From Camelus ferus (lineage: Eukaryota), in assembly GCF_009834535.1 (NCBI RefSeq), contig NC_045697.1, positions 118,236,001 through 118,300,000 of the forward strand: 64,000 nucleotides of DNA, written 5' to 3'. Shown here in pieces: positions 13,560-25,867 of the stretch. Positions within the stretch are counted from its first letter, which is position 1; the number at the start of each line of letters is the position of its first letter. Below the pieces are notes generated by a model. That model was not told the origin of the DNA. It ran no database searches and worked only from the letters and a program-made list of their open reading frames with translations. The position numbers were made by a program, and so were the translations under genes.

Positions 13560-14400
13560 TGATAAAGCTTTTGAAAAGTCAAGAAAATAAATAACCTTAA
13601 AAACAACAGGGGAGAAAATATAACTTATATATAGAAAAGAAAACAATTCAAATGACAGCATCTTTTTCATCAGAAAGCCAGGGAGAGAAACCAAGAAAGA
13701 GCTAGCAAAATGTTTGCCAAATGCTGAAAGAAAGGAATTACCAGCCCTGAATTTTATATCCAGCAAAAATATCCTTCAGAAAAGAAGAGGAGTTTAGACA
13801 TTCTCAGATGAAGAAAACCTAAGAGAATCTGTTGCTCGTAGACCTACCCTAAAAGAATAGCAAAAGGAAATTTTATTAAAGAGAAAGAAAATTATAAAAG
13901 GAAACATCTTGAAATATCAGGAAAGAAGAAAGACTAACAAAGTCAATGTAAATGCACTAGGTTTCCCTTCTCTTCTTGATTGTTTTAAAATGTTTGACAG
14001 AGCAAAAGTAGAGTGTTGTCTGATGTGGATACCAGCATATGTAGAGGGATATTTAAGACAAATATAAACAGTGGAGACTAAGGACCTTAAAAGGAGGTAA
14101 AATTTCTATACTTCAAGTGAATTGGTGAAATATTAACGCCAGAAGACCTTGGCGGTGATGAAATAGTTCTGAATCTTGATGGAGATGGTGGTTAGAAGAA
14201 TCCATACAAATGTGTTGAAGAAGTAGAAAACTATTCACACACACTGTACCCATGGAAATGCCTGGTTTTGATTTTGATGGTACTTACATAACACTCAGTC
14301 ATGAGGGGGGACTCTGGGAAGGGCACATGGAACCTCTATCCACTATCTTTGCAACTTCCCATAAATCTGTATTTATTTCAAAATGAAAAGTTAAAACACA
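13560..14400 (+). mobile_element. Old L1M fragments (ORF1 3' part joined to a 3' UTR end)
   Basis: GAATTTTATATCCAGCAAAAATATCCTTCA...AGACCTACCCTAAAAGAA (degenerate ORF1 C-terminus), then an L1MC/MD-type end CTATCTTTGCAACTTCC...TTTCAAAATGAAAAGTT. Confidence 0.7.
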
Positions 14401-14789
14401 CACACACACACAAACACTTGGAGAAACAAAGACCATTGTTTTGAAAGCTTTGCTTCTTACCGTACAAACTCTTAAGCTTTGATTCCGTTAAGAATGATCT
14501 TTGATTTTGAATTTGCAAATGATTGAGACTCCATGAATAGGCTTAAAAAAATCATTATCCAACCAACCTGTAAGTCCAACAATATGTCAAAAAAATCGAT
14601 TCCCAGAAAATGTCTGAGTTACACCTTTCAAATTATTTTGAAATGGGTGTTCAAGCAGAAGTCAATTGAAGGAAACAACCATCCACACACACATGGACAG
14701 GAGCTAAACCAAAGGGACTATGATTCATTGTTTAAGGGGAAAAAAAATCTCTAGTTTTGAAATATGAAAAATCAAGACCTGTTTTGCTT

Positions 14790-15010
14790 TTATAAATTTT
14801 TGATTTTGAAATAATTCTAGATTCACAGGAGTTCGCTCAACTCTGTAGAGACAGGTCTCCCCCGTCACTGCGTCTTCCAAGGGCGATCTCTCACACAACC
14901 ATGGTGTCCTGTCACAACCAAGACCCTGACTGTGGTGGTCCAGACCTCAGCCGCTGTGTGGGACCTGCCTGTCAGTTTCACTACACATGTAGCCTCGCGT
15001 GACCACCTCC
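14790..15010 (-). mobile_element. Old L1M 3' end fragment
   Basis: TTGATTTTGAAATAATTCTAGATTCACAGGAGTT matches an antisense L1MC-type terminus. Confidence 0.55.
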
Positions 15011-16613
15011 AGGGTGAGGACGGTTGGGGTTAGGAGTGGGTGTGGCCTATGGAAAGGTGTAAAAAGGGTCTTGGGCTGAATTGCTTTCTACTATCAATCG
15101 TAGAATTTGGTTCTACTTAAGGTCTTGAAAACATATTTAGAGTAAGTTTTTGCTGTTGCCCCTGAGGTGAAATTCTCCGTGAATAAAGTCAAACTAAACA
15201 AGAAAGAAGACGGCAATTTTAAAAAGCTAATTTATTAAAATCGCAGTCTACCAACCTCTCTTCAGATTGTCTTACCATTTAAATCAAAATGTCTGGGAGG
15301 GAAAGTATTTGACCACAAATAGAATTCAAATGCCCTCTTGTGTTTCTTCACCTTATTAATTGCTTTAACATCCAAGTGCCTGCATTTACTGGCATAGAAA
15401 GATTCTGTTATTTATTGCCACTTATTGTGGAAGACCTTTGTTCTTTGTGTTTTTCAGCTCTGTTATTCTTAAGAGCCAGGAACTCGGACAGCTGCGGCCA
15501 GCCCTGTGCAGTTTGTTTAAAACAATAGGGAGAATCTCCTAGCAACCTCACATCCAGCTTCTGGTACCCTCCTGGAGATCACATTCCACACACAGCCTGC
15601 GCATCTCCACAGCTCACAGGGAGACAATACACTCACACACACACACACACACACCCACACACACAGAGTAACCCAAACTAGACTGACCTTCACCCTCCCA
15701 AAATAAATGGCCCTACTTTTCACATCCAGCGCATTTGTCCAACATGCAGAGCAGAGCTGGGTTGTTAACTCTGAAGTGCTTACAGAGATTTACAGTAATT
15801 AATTCCTTTACCTCCCCCCCCAATTGTGAAAGGTGTGCTTTTTAAAAATGTGGGTGTGCAGCCTCCAATGCTAAAATGGAAAAAAAATGCCCCTTACACT
15901 TTACTAAATATGTCATGCCTGATAACTAGTGATATGAACGGAGTTGCAGGAATCCAGGTTCGTTTGGAGCCAGTTTCCGAGCAAAGCGGAGGAATGGAAC
16001 CAGCGTTGTTTGAATCGCGGTGACACCCAGGACGTCAGGCTGCTCCTGGGGTACTTCCCTCCCATCTACTCCCATTAATCAAGGGAGTGTGGTGGACAGT
16101 TGGGATGTTACTGGTCTCCGTGAGACACACTAATGGTATCAAACAGTGAGAAGGCTAGACTTCAACTCTGGGACTTTGTTTGTTTGGTTTTCCAGATCCA
16201 GATTGATTTAGGCAATCACTTAATTTCTTTATATTTGTATCCTCATCTGTGTAATGGAAACTTACACTAAATGATCACTAAGGTCTTGTCTCAGGTTAAC
16301 ATCCTATGATTGCGTAAATGGCGTTGGCTTTCCACAAGACTGTTTCATACAGAAAATTGAGAAGGAGGAAGTGGTGATGGTAGATAGTCTTTCCTCTCTC
16401 GTTAACTATCCCATTAGACCAAACGGTGCTGTCTGTAAACCTAGGAGAAAAAGGTGAATCAGAGGACCACAAACACCTGCCTAAGCCTGGTAAGATGTCA
16501 GGAGTACAGCTATGTTCAACTATTCCATGTAGTAATAAAAAGCTCTATCTGGAGCCTTTTGCAAGTTGGGGAATGATTTAGGGTCAAAGCAGAAAAAGAG
16601 AGAAATTCTAACG

Positions 16614-17093
16614 CAGAGGTCTCTAACTACAGCCTGTGGACCAAACCCAGCCGACTACTTAATTTTGTAAACAAAGGGGGTGGGAAGGGATAAATTTGGG
16701 AGTTTGAGATTTGCAACGGTTAACTACTATATATAAAAATCGATTAAAAATGAGTTTTTTCTGCATAGCACAAGGAACTATGTTCAGTGTCTTATAATAA
16801 TCTTTGATGAAAAGGATGTGAAGGCGTATGTATGTATGTATGTATGTATGTATGTGCATGACTGGGACGCTGTGCTGTACACCAGAAACTGACACATTGT
16901 GACTGACTACACTTCAATTTAAAAAAAAAGATGTGCTGGAACACGGCTTCCCCATTTTCTTGCGTATACTCTACAGCTGCTTTTCCTGCTACGGTGGCAG
17001 AGTTAAGTTAAGAGTACGATGGCAGAAGTCAGATGTCACACAAAGCCGAAATATGTCCTATTTGGCCCTTTGCAGAAAAGTGTGTGGATTCTG
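16614..17093 (+). mobile_element. MER58A-like hAT-Charlie element, interrupted by an L1 fragment
   Basis: 5' part CAGAGGTCTCTAACTACAGCCTGTGGACCAAACCCAGCC..TTTTGTAAACAAAG; 3' part TGGAACACGGC...TATTTGGCCCTTTGCAGAAAAGT. Confidence 0.8.
16676..16929 (+). mobile_element. Short camelid-type L1 3' end nested in MER58A
   Basis: GGGATAAATTTGGGAGTTTGAGATTTGC...GTACACCAGAAACTGACACATTGTGACTGACTACACTTCAAT followed by poly-A. Confidence 0.9.
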
Positions 17094-18742
17094 TTGTAGT
17101 GTATGAGAACTTGGCTGTGTTTGTATATTTAGAGCTGAAATCAGTCAGCTCAACCACGTTATGAGCCTATCAATGAAAGAGAAAATTTTGTAAATATTGA
17201 ATTGTAGAATTCAACGTTCTAGATACTCTATTGTTTCAATAGAGCAAATAGTCAAAAAGAAATTAAAGGCTGAACTGGGTTGGCAAGAACTGATGTCTTT
17301 GTCCTTAACTTTTCAAAATGGGCTGTATTGCCGTTAGGTTTTCTCATATGTATTCACAGCTAAATATTCAAAAACTGTTTGGAAACATCAAGGTTACCAC
17401 GTTTGAAATGTAATATCTGTTCCAGGGACATTATGTGAAAATTTGGAGCCCCTCCAAGAGAAAAAATCCGCAGCAGTCACCCCCACAGAAAATGTGGAAT
17501 TCAGGGACCTGGGCTGCATCGGTATCACTGACATTGATCAAATTTACTGTCATGATTGTGAGTTTTTACATCAGCAAGGTGAAGCTGATCCTTCCACATT
17601 GTGATACACTTGACCTCCACCTTACCACGATCAGCTCCGTGTTGTATGATTTCTCAATTGTATGTTAACTCCCTGAAGAATCTTTAAAAGAGAAATACAG
17701 AAAAATGTTAAAGCAATGGGAAAAGTAATGCTTATCTTTTTTATTTCTTCCTCATTTTTAATCCCTTCTACCTCACACCCTTACATAGCAAAATACATGG
17801 AGGTAGGCTTTTATCTTGCTGGGAAGTTCCTCAACACGCAGGTGATTTTCACTCTAATAGAAGGTACAATGTAGGTTAATAATTCATCTCCTGATGTTCT
17901 AGGAAGAATCTTGTAATGGAAACGGTCATCACTGCATCGTAGACCCAACCAGTTCCATCACCGTGGACTCGGAAAACAAAACTCTGCTTTCTGCTGAAAC
18001 ATCTGATGAAGGTAGCAGAGCGGATCGTATCCACCACGTTTCCTACAAGCTGGCCCCCGTGCGGGCTCTCCTGGGCTGGCCAGTCGCCGCCCACGTTGCC
18101 TGTCGCCTTGGCGAGTGGTGCTGTGATGCAGGCTGACAGCACGAATACAGGGAGGAGCTGGTCCAGAGGGGAGGAGGGGTCGAGGCAGAGGAAGGAAACC
18201 AGCAGTGGAAGGAGCAGCGTCCGACTCCACACGCTGAGAGGGACTGCAATGGAGGTGAGGACTTTTACCTACTCCCGTGTTATGGTCGACATATGGAAAT
18301 GCACTTGATTAAAGTGATGGGGAAATGGACGTTCGCCAACAGGAAAATTAAAGCAAGAAAGAGATGCATGGATTTTGCACGATGATGTATATCCAGTTCC
18401 CACCCGCATTTGGCAATGATGAGATTTATTTACTCAGCTCTGACCTTTTATGCATTCTTTTGCCTCGTTGCTGGTCACATGTGCTGCTTCTGCCTGTAAA
18501 TGTTGAGCTATCGTGACAGTGGAAGCCGTGAATCTGATGACCTGCTGCTGCCCGGGTTGGGTCCACAGAGTCTCTGTGATGGTCAAGTTCTCGGCTCTTC
18601 TCAAAGCAGCCGAGTCACCTGGAGACGGGGTCCTGAGTCTCAGGTCCTCGCCTTTGGATCTGCTCCCTGCAGCGGCATCCTTCGGTTTTGATTCTGCCCA
18701 ACCATGCAGATTCTTCCGTGCTGCCCCCAGTGTTTTGCTTTT

Positions 18743-18761
18743 TGCTGCCATCTACTGGCGA
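18743..18761 (-). promoter_or_regulatory. Candidate CTCF binding site
   Basis: Minus strand TCGCCAGTAGATGGCAGCA fits the CTCF core consensus CCASYAGRKGGCRS at every position; lies in a CpG-enriched unique block. Confidence 0.65.
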
Positions 18762-20416
18762 AACCAACGACTGTACCTCAGACCCTCCCGACGACTTGAA
18801 ACCGCTCTTCTCACTGGACCTCATGCATTTTATTACCAGACTTGAGTCAGCGCCCCCGGATCTGCCCTGCCCCAGTCGGAAGGCCTGCTCCCCTGCCTCC
18901 GTTGCCTGACTGTGCTGCCGGTAGCCCGAGAAAAGGACCCTAGAGATCAGTGAGATGAAAATGCCACTGTCCACAAGGGTTTGTGTTCTGTTAGTTTTAC
19001 TAAAAGTGCATTTTTCCATGTGTGTTTTGCCGCATTCTCAGAGACCTGACTGTCTGGTTAAGGAACGCGCACTGGCGACAGAGGCTCATGTTAGTGAAGA
19101 GGCCAGTCTCTTTACAGAGTCTAGATCGAAGCAGCAAGTTCACACGGGCATCCCCATCAGACACACTTGAGATTTAACCCTGGCGCCACCATAATAAGAA
19201 GCGTTACTGAGAAAAAGTTACTCAAGTAATTCTAAGTCTCAGGTCCCTGACTTTAAAATTGTGGTGACACTACTGTCATCCTGATGCAGGTTGTGAAGAA
19301 TAAGAAAATAATGCATGAATGTACTTACCCCAGGGCCAGGGCCCCAGACCTCAGCCGTAGGAGGACTGACTGCTGTCCTGGACCACACACACCAAAGGCA
19401 GAATCCTTAGGTCAAATTATGGTGAAACTGAACGAAAACACCCCCTTCCTCTTTTTCTAAAACACAGTTCTGGTCTATGACATCATCTTCATGTTATCTC
19501 TTCCCTGCCTACCAGAATTCTTTGTCCACAGAGGATGAGTCACACATGTCACGGTCCCACTGGACACCAGCCGGAGGGAAACCCAGGATGCAAAAGGAAA
19601 ATGGAAGGAACGTTTGTGTTCTCTGATGCAGAGGGAACAAGCATGTCTTTTTTTTTTTTTTAACCATAAATATGCAATTTAAAAGAACTTGCATTTCAGC
19701 GATTTATACTATACCTTCTGCTTTTAATTTCAAGGTTTCCGGAAACTGAAATGTTTAAATCATCAGAAGAGACATAGCTGATCAAGTTGAAAGAAGCCAG
19801 TTGCTAAGAGAGGTTCATTAATGGACTCTTAACCCAGTGACATTTGTCAGCAATGTTGTTCTGTGTCTGTGGCAAACTTACCACTAAAAGCACTCAATAC
19901 ATAGCGTGTATGTATAATTGGAAAAGAAATGCGGGCCTATTTAATTGGGTTCTGGTGCATTTATCCTGCCTGTGCCCTCATGGAAGCTCGTCCTGAACAT
20001 TTGCTCAGTTGAACCATGACCGACTTCATGTAAAGCAGATTGATTTGTTCTTACAGCCTCAGTACATTAATAAAAATGCCTAACAAAAATAGCAAGGTAG
20101 CAAGTCCTACTCAGATGCCTTGGACTTAGCATTTACTGGCATTTGTTTTTCTGAATGTAAAAAAAAAGATTGTTTTTAAAAACCTAAAGTTCAAAGGCTG
20201 CAAATTAAGGAAAACTTCCCATGATAAGGATAGTGCTTGCCTTGCAATTTGAAATTTTTAAGACCCATTCACCCAATCATCTTTAGAATCGGTGAAAATT
20301 CTGATGGTAGGTTACAGCCTTTCCGTGGGAATAAAAGTTAATAGAACTTATTAGTGTGTAGCAATGAAAGCACAACAAAATCTTGATTTCCATTCTGTGA
20401 AATGCTTCAATCCTAA

Positions 20417-20797
20417 TGTCCTACTCTGCTCAGGCTGCTATAAGGAAATATCAGGGACTGTTTCTTTAAGCAAACAACGGAAACTTATTTCTCACAGTTC
20501 TGGAGGCTGGGAAGCCAAGACCAAGCTGCAGCCAACTCAGTTCCTGGTGAGGGCCCTGTGCTGGGCTTGCAGACGGCCTCCTTCTTGCTCTGTGTCCACA
20601 TCAAGGGCAGAGAGAGAAAGAAGGAGCTCTAGGGGGCTCTTCTTATAAGGACACTAATCCTACCAGAGTAGGGCCCCATCCTTTTGACCTTATTTAACCT
20701 CAGTTACTTCCTATGTGTCCTGTCTCCAACTATTGTCACACTGGGGTTCAGGGCTCTCAATAGATGAATTTTGGGGGTGCACAACCAGTCTGTGACA
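20417..20797 (-). mobile_element. MaLR solo LTR (MLT1A0/MLT1B-like)
   Basis: TG...CA ends, TTATTTCTCACAGTTCTGGAGGCTGGGAAG core, 5-bp TSD-like CCTAA/CCCAA. Confidence 0.85.
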
Positions 20798-23700
20798 CCC
20801 AACCTATATTTTTGGGTGGAAATACAATTCTCAGTGTTGTGTGTATTAGCTTTGTACATTCCATCAGTGTCTACTCATGCATGGATACCTTGTATCAAAA
20901 CACAAAACTAGAGAAGACGAGTGCTTCCAGGGAGGTGCAACTATATTCTAAAAGGTTAGACATTTGTTACTTAAAAAATAACGTGTAAGGAGATTTCTGT
21001 AAAGTCAATATATTAAAATATAAGTGAACGTGGGAATGAATGCATTGTGATACACCCGCCTTCTAAGAACTCTTTGCAAATGCTGATTATGTCATTACGT
21101 GGGAAAGAAAACACACAAAATATACATAAGGCTATCCCGAGGATATTTAAATTAAGCCCTTTGCAATGAAACCAACAGCAAGTAAGAGACAGGGATGCAG
21201 AGGTAGTTTGTCACAATTTCAAAGTATCAACAGAATGGAAGGCTCGTTTGAAGTCAGCAGAACTTCCATTATGTTTTAATTAGCACAGAAATCTCACATA
21301 CCTCATTTGATTTCTTCCCATACAACATCTCTTTGGGGGAAAAAAAAAACTCAAGTAGTATATTATTATTTCCTACTCATTTAAAGAAACTAGTCTAAAA
21401 TGATCATGCATTTGTTGAAGTTCCATCAATATGTGGGAAGTTGTCAGAGTATTCAGGTAACTACAAGTCTAAGTGTCCTGACTCAACATCTAAACAGCAT
21501 CATCTCATTTGCTGCTTGTTTGTTTACAACTTTAAGATTACTATTAATAGGAAAGTCAAGCAAGTAAATTTCAACCCTGTTATAGTTGGTTATTTATTCA
21601 AATAGTTATTTACTGTGCAAACTGCTAATCTTATCATGCAGATTTCTATAATTCCTCCCTTTCCATTTATGATTTTCACTATAATTCCTCCTGTTGTTAA
21701 ATGAATAGAACATGTTCCCTTTCAAAGAGAAAGAAAGATAAAAAAAAACCCTCAAAGTCTTTTATTTGAGTTGTAAATTACTTGAGCACGTGACTGTCAG
21801 TGATCTCCCCTGACGGGAAGTCTGAGCGTCTGACGTTCTGCGATGGTCCCGGGGATTATGCCCTAAAAGATGCCCTTGGTGCTTACCACCTCTTACCTGC
21901 AGAGTACTCCCCACTCAGTGCCAAGGGAGTGGTTTTGCGTCAACATCATTTGCAACTATGGACAGAACCTTCTTTGTTTCTATTTAAATAATTACATCTG
22001 CCTTGCTGTCACGCCTGCGTATTGGAATGAGGATTAACATAAAGATGGAGGAATTTCCAGTGCAATCTGAAACCAGAGCTGACAAGCAGCTTTTGTGACT
22101 TACCGTTTAAACTCAGCCCACATTTATGTAAGATGCTGAATTAAACCGAAGAATAATCATCCCATAGAATGGGGAAGAAAGAAAAAAATTTGCATCCATT
22201 AGAATGTCTGAACCATAACATTTTATAAATATTTATTCCTTCGACTCAACTCCACCTTTTTAAATAGCATTTCTTTTAGGAACACAATGCTTATCTCAGC
22301 TCCAATAAAAGTCATTCCTAAAATGAGGCCAGCAAAGAGTTTCTCCCAGTATAAGCTGTACATTTCTTTCAACTGAAGCTCATGAAAATAATAGACTTAT
22401 CTCTGCTGTGAAGGGTCACTGCCCATGATGTGGTCAGAGATTCGGGGCTTGGAGCTCGTTAAGAGAGGTACAGAAAGTCCTTGGGCATTCCCAGGTACAA
22501 ATGCAAGGAAAATGGCTCACGGCAGTCCGTCGATAGGACTCCTTAAGGCTCCCGTGAAGCAACATAAGGAATTAATAGACAATATTAAATCATGCCAAAA
22601 CTCTTCCTCAAAGCAGAACGCTCTATGTTAAACAGGCTAAATGTGTACTGAAAGGTGGAAGCCAAACCAAATGCATGAAAAATCTAACTTTTCCATCCTT
22701 CCTAATAATAAATTTAACAATTCTTCCTAATGTTAACATAGAGTAAGAAAGAAACCATGAATCCACAGAAATATGAAGTCTTTTTCTACTTGGTAGAAAT
22801 GCTAGAGAAAAGATTTTTTTAAATTAGACTGCTCATTTCTTTTCATGTCTCACTAATATTCAACTCGTGACTTAATTCAGTTTAGCATTGTACAGCAGGA
22901 ACAAATGACTAAATGTGAAAGAGATAACTTTGGAAGGGGGTGGCTTCTGAAGGAATCACACGGGTAAATGTGGAAAAGTTGGCCAAGATCCTATGAAAAA
23001 ATGTATTGAAGGGGATATCAATGTAAGAAAAAAAAAAAGGTGGAATCATTGATTTGATCTTGTGCTCAGTGGGAGTGTGAAAATTGGATCTTGGAGGCAG
23101 CAGAGGAGAGGAAAAAGGGCTTGGTTTAAGGCCCTGAAGTGAAATAACATCGCAGACAGCAATGGAAACCACACAGCCTTGAGCAGTTCAATAAAACACC
23201 GCAGATCAGGGTACGTATTATGGGAAGACGCTAGAAAAGTTAATAACGGAATATCTGAGCCACGGCTCGCAGGCAAGGACCCACCATCTGGAGAACAGGG
23301 TGATGCACACAAAGGTAGCTGCCAAGAATAAAGTTGAAAGGGAATGGGGAATATAAAACAGTTTTGGGGCCGAAGTAGACAGACTCAACCGTGGAAAACA
23401 AGGTTGTTTAACAACCATCAAAACTCCTTGGGCAGAAAGTTAAACTCCAAGAGAAAAATAATTGTCAAAGCGCCAGCCAGTAGTAAATGATGGCTAATTA
23501 AAGAAAGACCTTCTTCTATGAAAAATCACATTGGCTACTTTATATCCTACATAGGACATTATACTTACATCAACAGTGCATGTGCTATAATATTTTAAGT
23601 GGAATGCCTGGTATTTGAATTACTCAGTGTTGGGTGATGTTGTCATGATGTTTTATCTTCCTCGAATGAGTGTGTTACACTTAAAAGGAAAATGAACACG

Positions 23701-24939
23701 GTCAGATCAGGCTGAATAAATCTAATTAGGTCATTCCGTACAGCTTCGCTAGAGCTGTGTTTTCCCCGTCGTTTGCTGACTGACCTTGTAATCTGTCCGG
23801 GTGGCAGTGTGGTCTGGAAGCAAGAGGTTGACATTCCTTTCTAATGAGTCAACTTCCCAGCCTATAACAATATCAAATGTCTTTTATATCAAACAAAGCG
23901 AAGCTATACGCTGGAGAAAATGACCCAGGTGCCTTGGGTTTAACATCAGTTCAGTCCTTCTGTCCTTTCCTGCTGCACTGGGAGCCGTTCCAGATGCTGC
24001 CCCTGTGTCTGATCCAACATCCTGGACTAAGAAGTCAAGACGAATTTGAAAATAGTTTATTTCAGAAGCTAGAGGATCACAATGTGGGTGCTCACAAGAT
24101 TCTTCAACGTGTCATTAATAGTTACTGCAGAATCATCCAGGTCGGTTAACTGGTTCACGTAAAGAAATTTAGAGTTCAGCCACTAAATGCACGGTCCAAT
24201 TTGTGCAAATTATGATTTCTTTTTATTACTCCTAATTTTATTCTTGAATTTTGTGGTCTCCTGTAAAAAGTGATTTCTCTAAGGAATGTACGCCCACTGA
24301 TGTGTGGATGCTTTGACCACCTTGTGAATGCAACTTGCTTCCTTATGAAACAGAATGATAAATTTTGTGGTGGTGTCTATCATTCCTGGCCCTGGTGCTG
24401 CAGCATGCTAAAATCATATGATTACAAATAACAGACAAGAAGAAATAGGGAAAGGAAGGTGTGTCTGAGTACACTTCTGTCATCACACAGCACGCCCCCC
24501 AGAGCCACAAACCAAAAAATGGGCTTATTCTTTCCCCCTCCATCTTCATTAGGTCAACATCAGCCAGATGACTGTTTGGAGGGACACAGTGGCCACCGGT
24601 CAGCGGTCTGTCCATCTCTGTGAAGCATGGTCAGCTCCCGCTGGTTCACATCATACCCACTGGTTTGTAACGACCCAGTCCTCCTGTGGTCTGTGCTACC
24701 CTAGTCTGAGCCTAGAAAGTTCACTCCTAAGATAGTGGTGAAATATTCTTTCCTTGTTCCAAACACAGTATTTTTTACTGCCTTGGCTAAATTTACTGCA
24801 TAATGAATTTTTATAACCCCACCATTAACTTCCCATGAATTGTTGCAGATCCTTCTTCTCTTGTGCTTGGAGGAACATCAAGTATTACTGAAGGTCTGCG
24901 TTCTGAGGGGGTCTCCCATGATGTAGAAGCTCCAGTTGA

Positions 24940-25285
24940 CAGTGTGGGTTTTGTAGTCATCAGGACTAGTCACCAACCCTCTGCCTTCTCACTCGGGGCA
25001 CCTGACCGGATTGCATTTCTTCTCTTCCACTGATATTACTTGCCATCTGATTTGCTTTGGCCAATGAACTGGGCAGGAGTGAACTGTTGGACTTTCCAGG
25101 GAAAGTTTAATGAGCCCTGTGTCCTTCCCTCTGCCTCCCTCACCGTCATGGCCCCATCAGCTCGGGCCCTGGAGTGAAGACAACAGGTGCAGTGCAGTCA
25201 CCTGAGTGAAAATTAAATGCATTATTTTCTTAATCCATGAGATTTAGGGCTTACAACTACAGAACCTGGTTATCTTGATTGAGGT
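24940..25285 (+). mobile_element. Old MaLR LTR (MLT1J/I-like)
   Basis: TGATTTGCTTTGGCCAATGAA...GGGCCCTGGAGTGA...TAATCCATGAGATTTAGGG motifs. Confidence 0.55.
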
Positions 25286-25377
25286 GCTTGAAGAACCACT
25301 AAGGCTGGAAGCCTATTTCAAGATTAATTAAGAAATTATTTGGATTAGAAAAATATGATAATAATACAGATAACTCT

Positions 25378-25867
25378 TGAAACAGTCTTTATTTTAAAGT
25401 CCATTTTGTCTAATATAAGTGTTGCTGCTCCAGCTTTCTTCTGGTTTCCTTTTCCCAGCCACTCATTTTCAGCCTGTATGTGTCCCTAGCTCTGATGCGG
25501 GTCTCTTGTAGACAGCGTATATACTGGTCTTGTTTTTGTATCCATTGAGCCAGTCTTTGTCTTTTGGTTGGAGTGTTTAATCCATCTACAGTTAAGGTAA
25601 TTAGTGATACGTACATTCTCGCTGCCATTTTTGTTTTTGTAGGTCTTTTTTTCTCTTTCTTCTTTTTGCTCTCCTCTCTTGTGATTTGATGACTATAGAC
25701 TTACATTTGGATTCCTCTTTCTTTTGTGTGTGCCTATCTATTATATGTTTTTGGTTTGCAGTTACCACAAGGTTTTGGTGTAGAAGTCTCTCTCTATATA
25801 TACATGATTGTGTTAAATTGCTGATCTCTTAATTTCAAATGCATTTTAGATATCCTGCATTCGTCCC
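25378..25867 (-). pseudogene. L1 internal fragment: inter-ORF region and ORF2 endonuclease N-terminus
   Basis: ORF 25410-25628 gives YVSLITLTVDGLNTPTKRQRLAQWIQKQDQYIRCLQET..RDTYRLKMSGWEK, homologous to the L1 ORF2 APE endonuclease start (ITLNVNGLN..ICCLQETH). Confidence 0.9.

Noticed and set aside
17876..19019. Cluster of overlapping 100-134 aa ORFs on both strands
   Set aside because: No recognisable protein similarity or consistent exon structure; GC-rich sequence yields stop-poor frames by chance.
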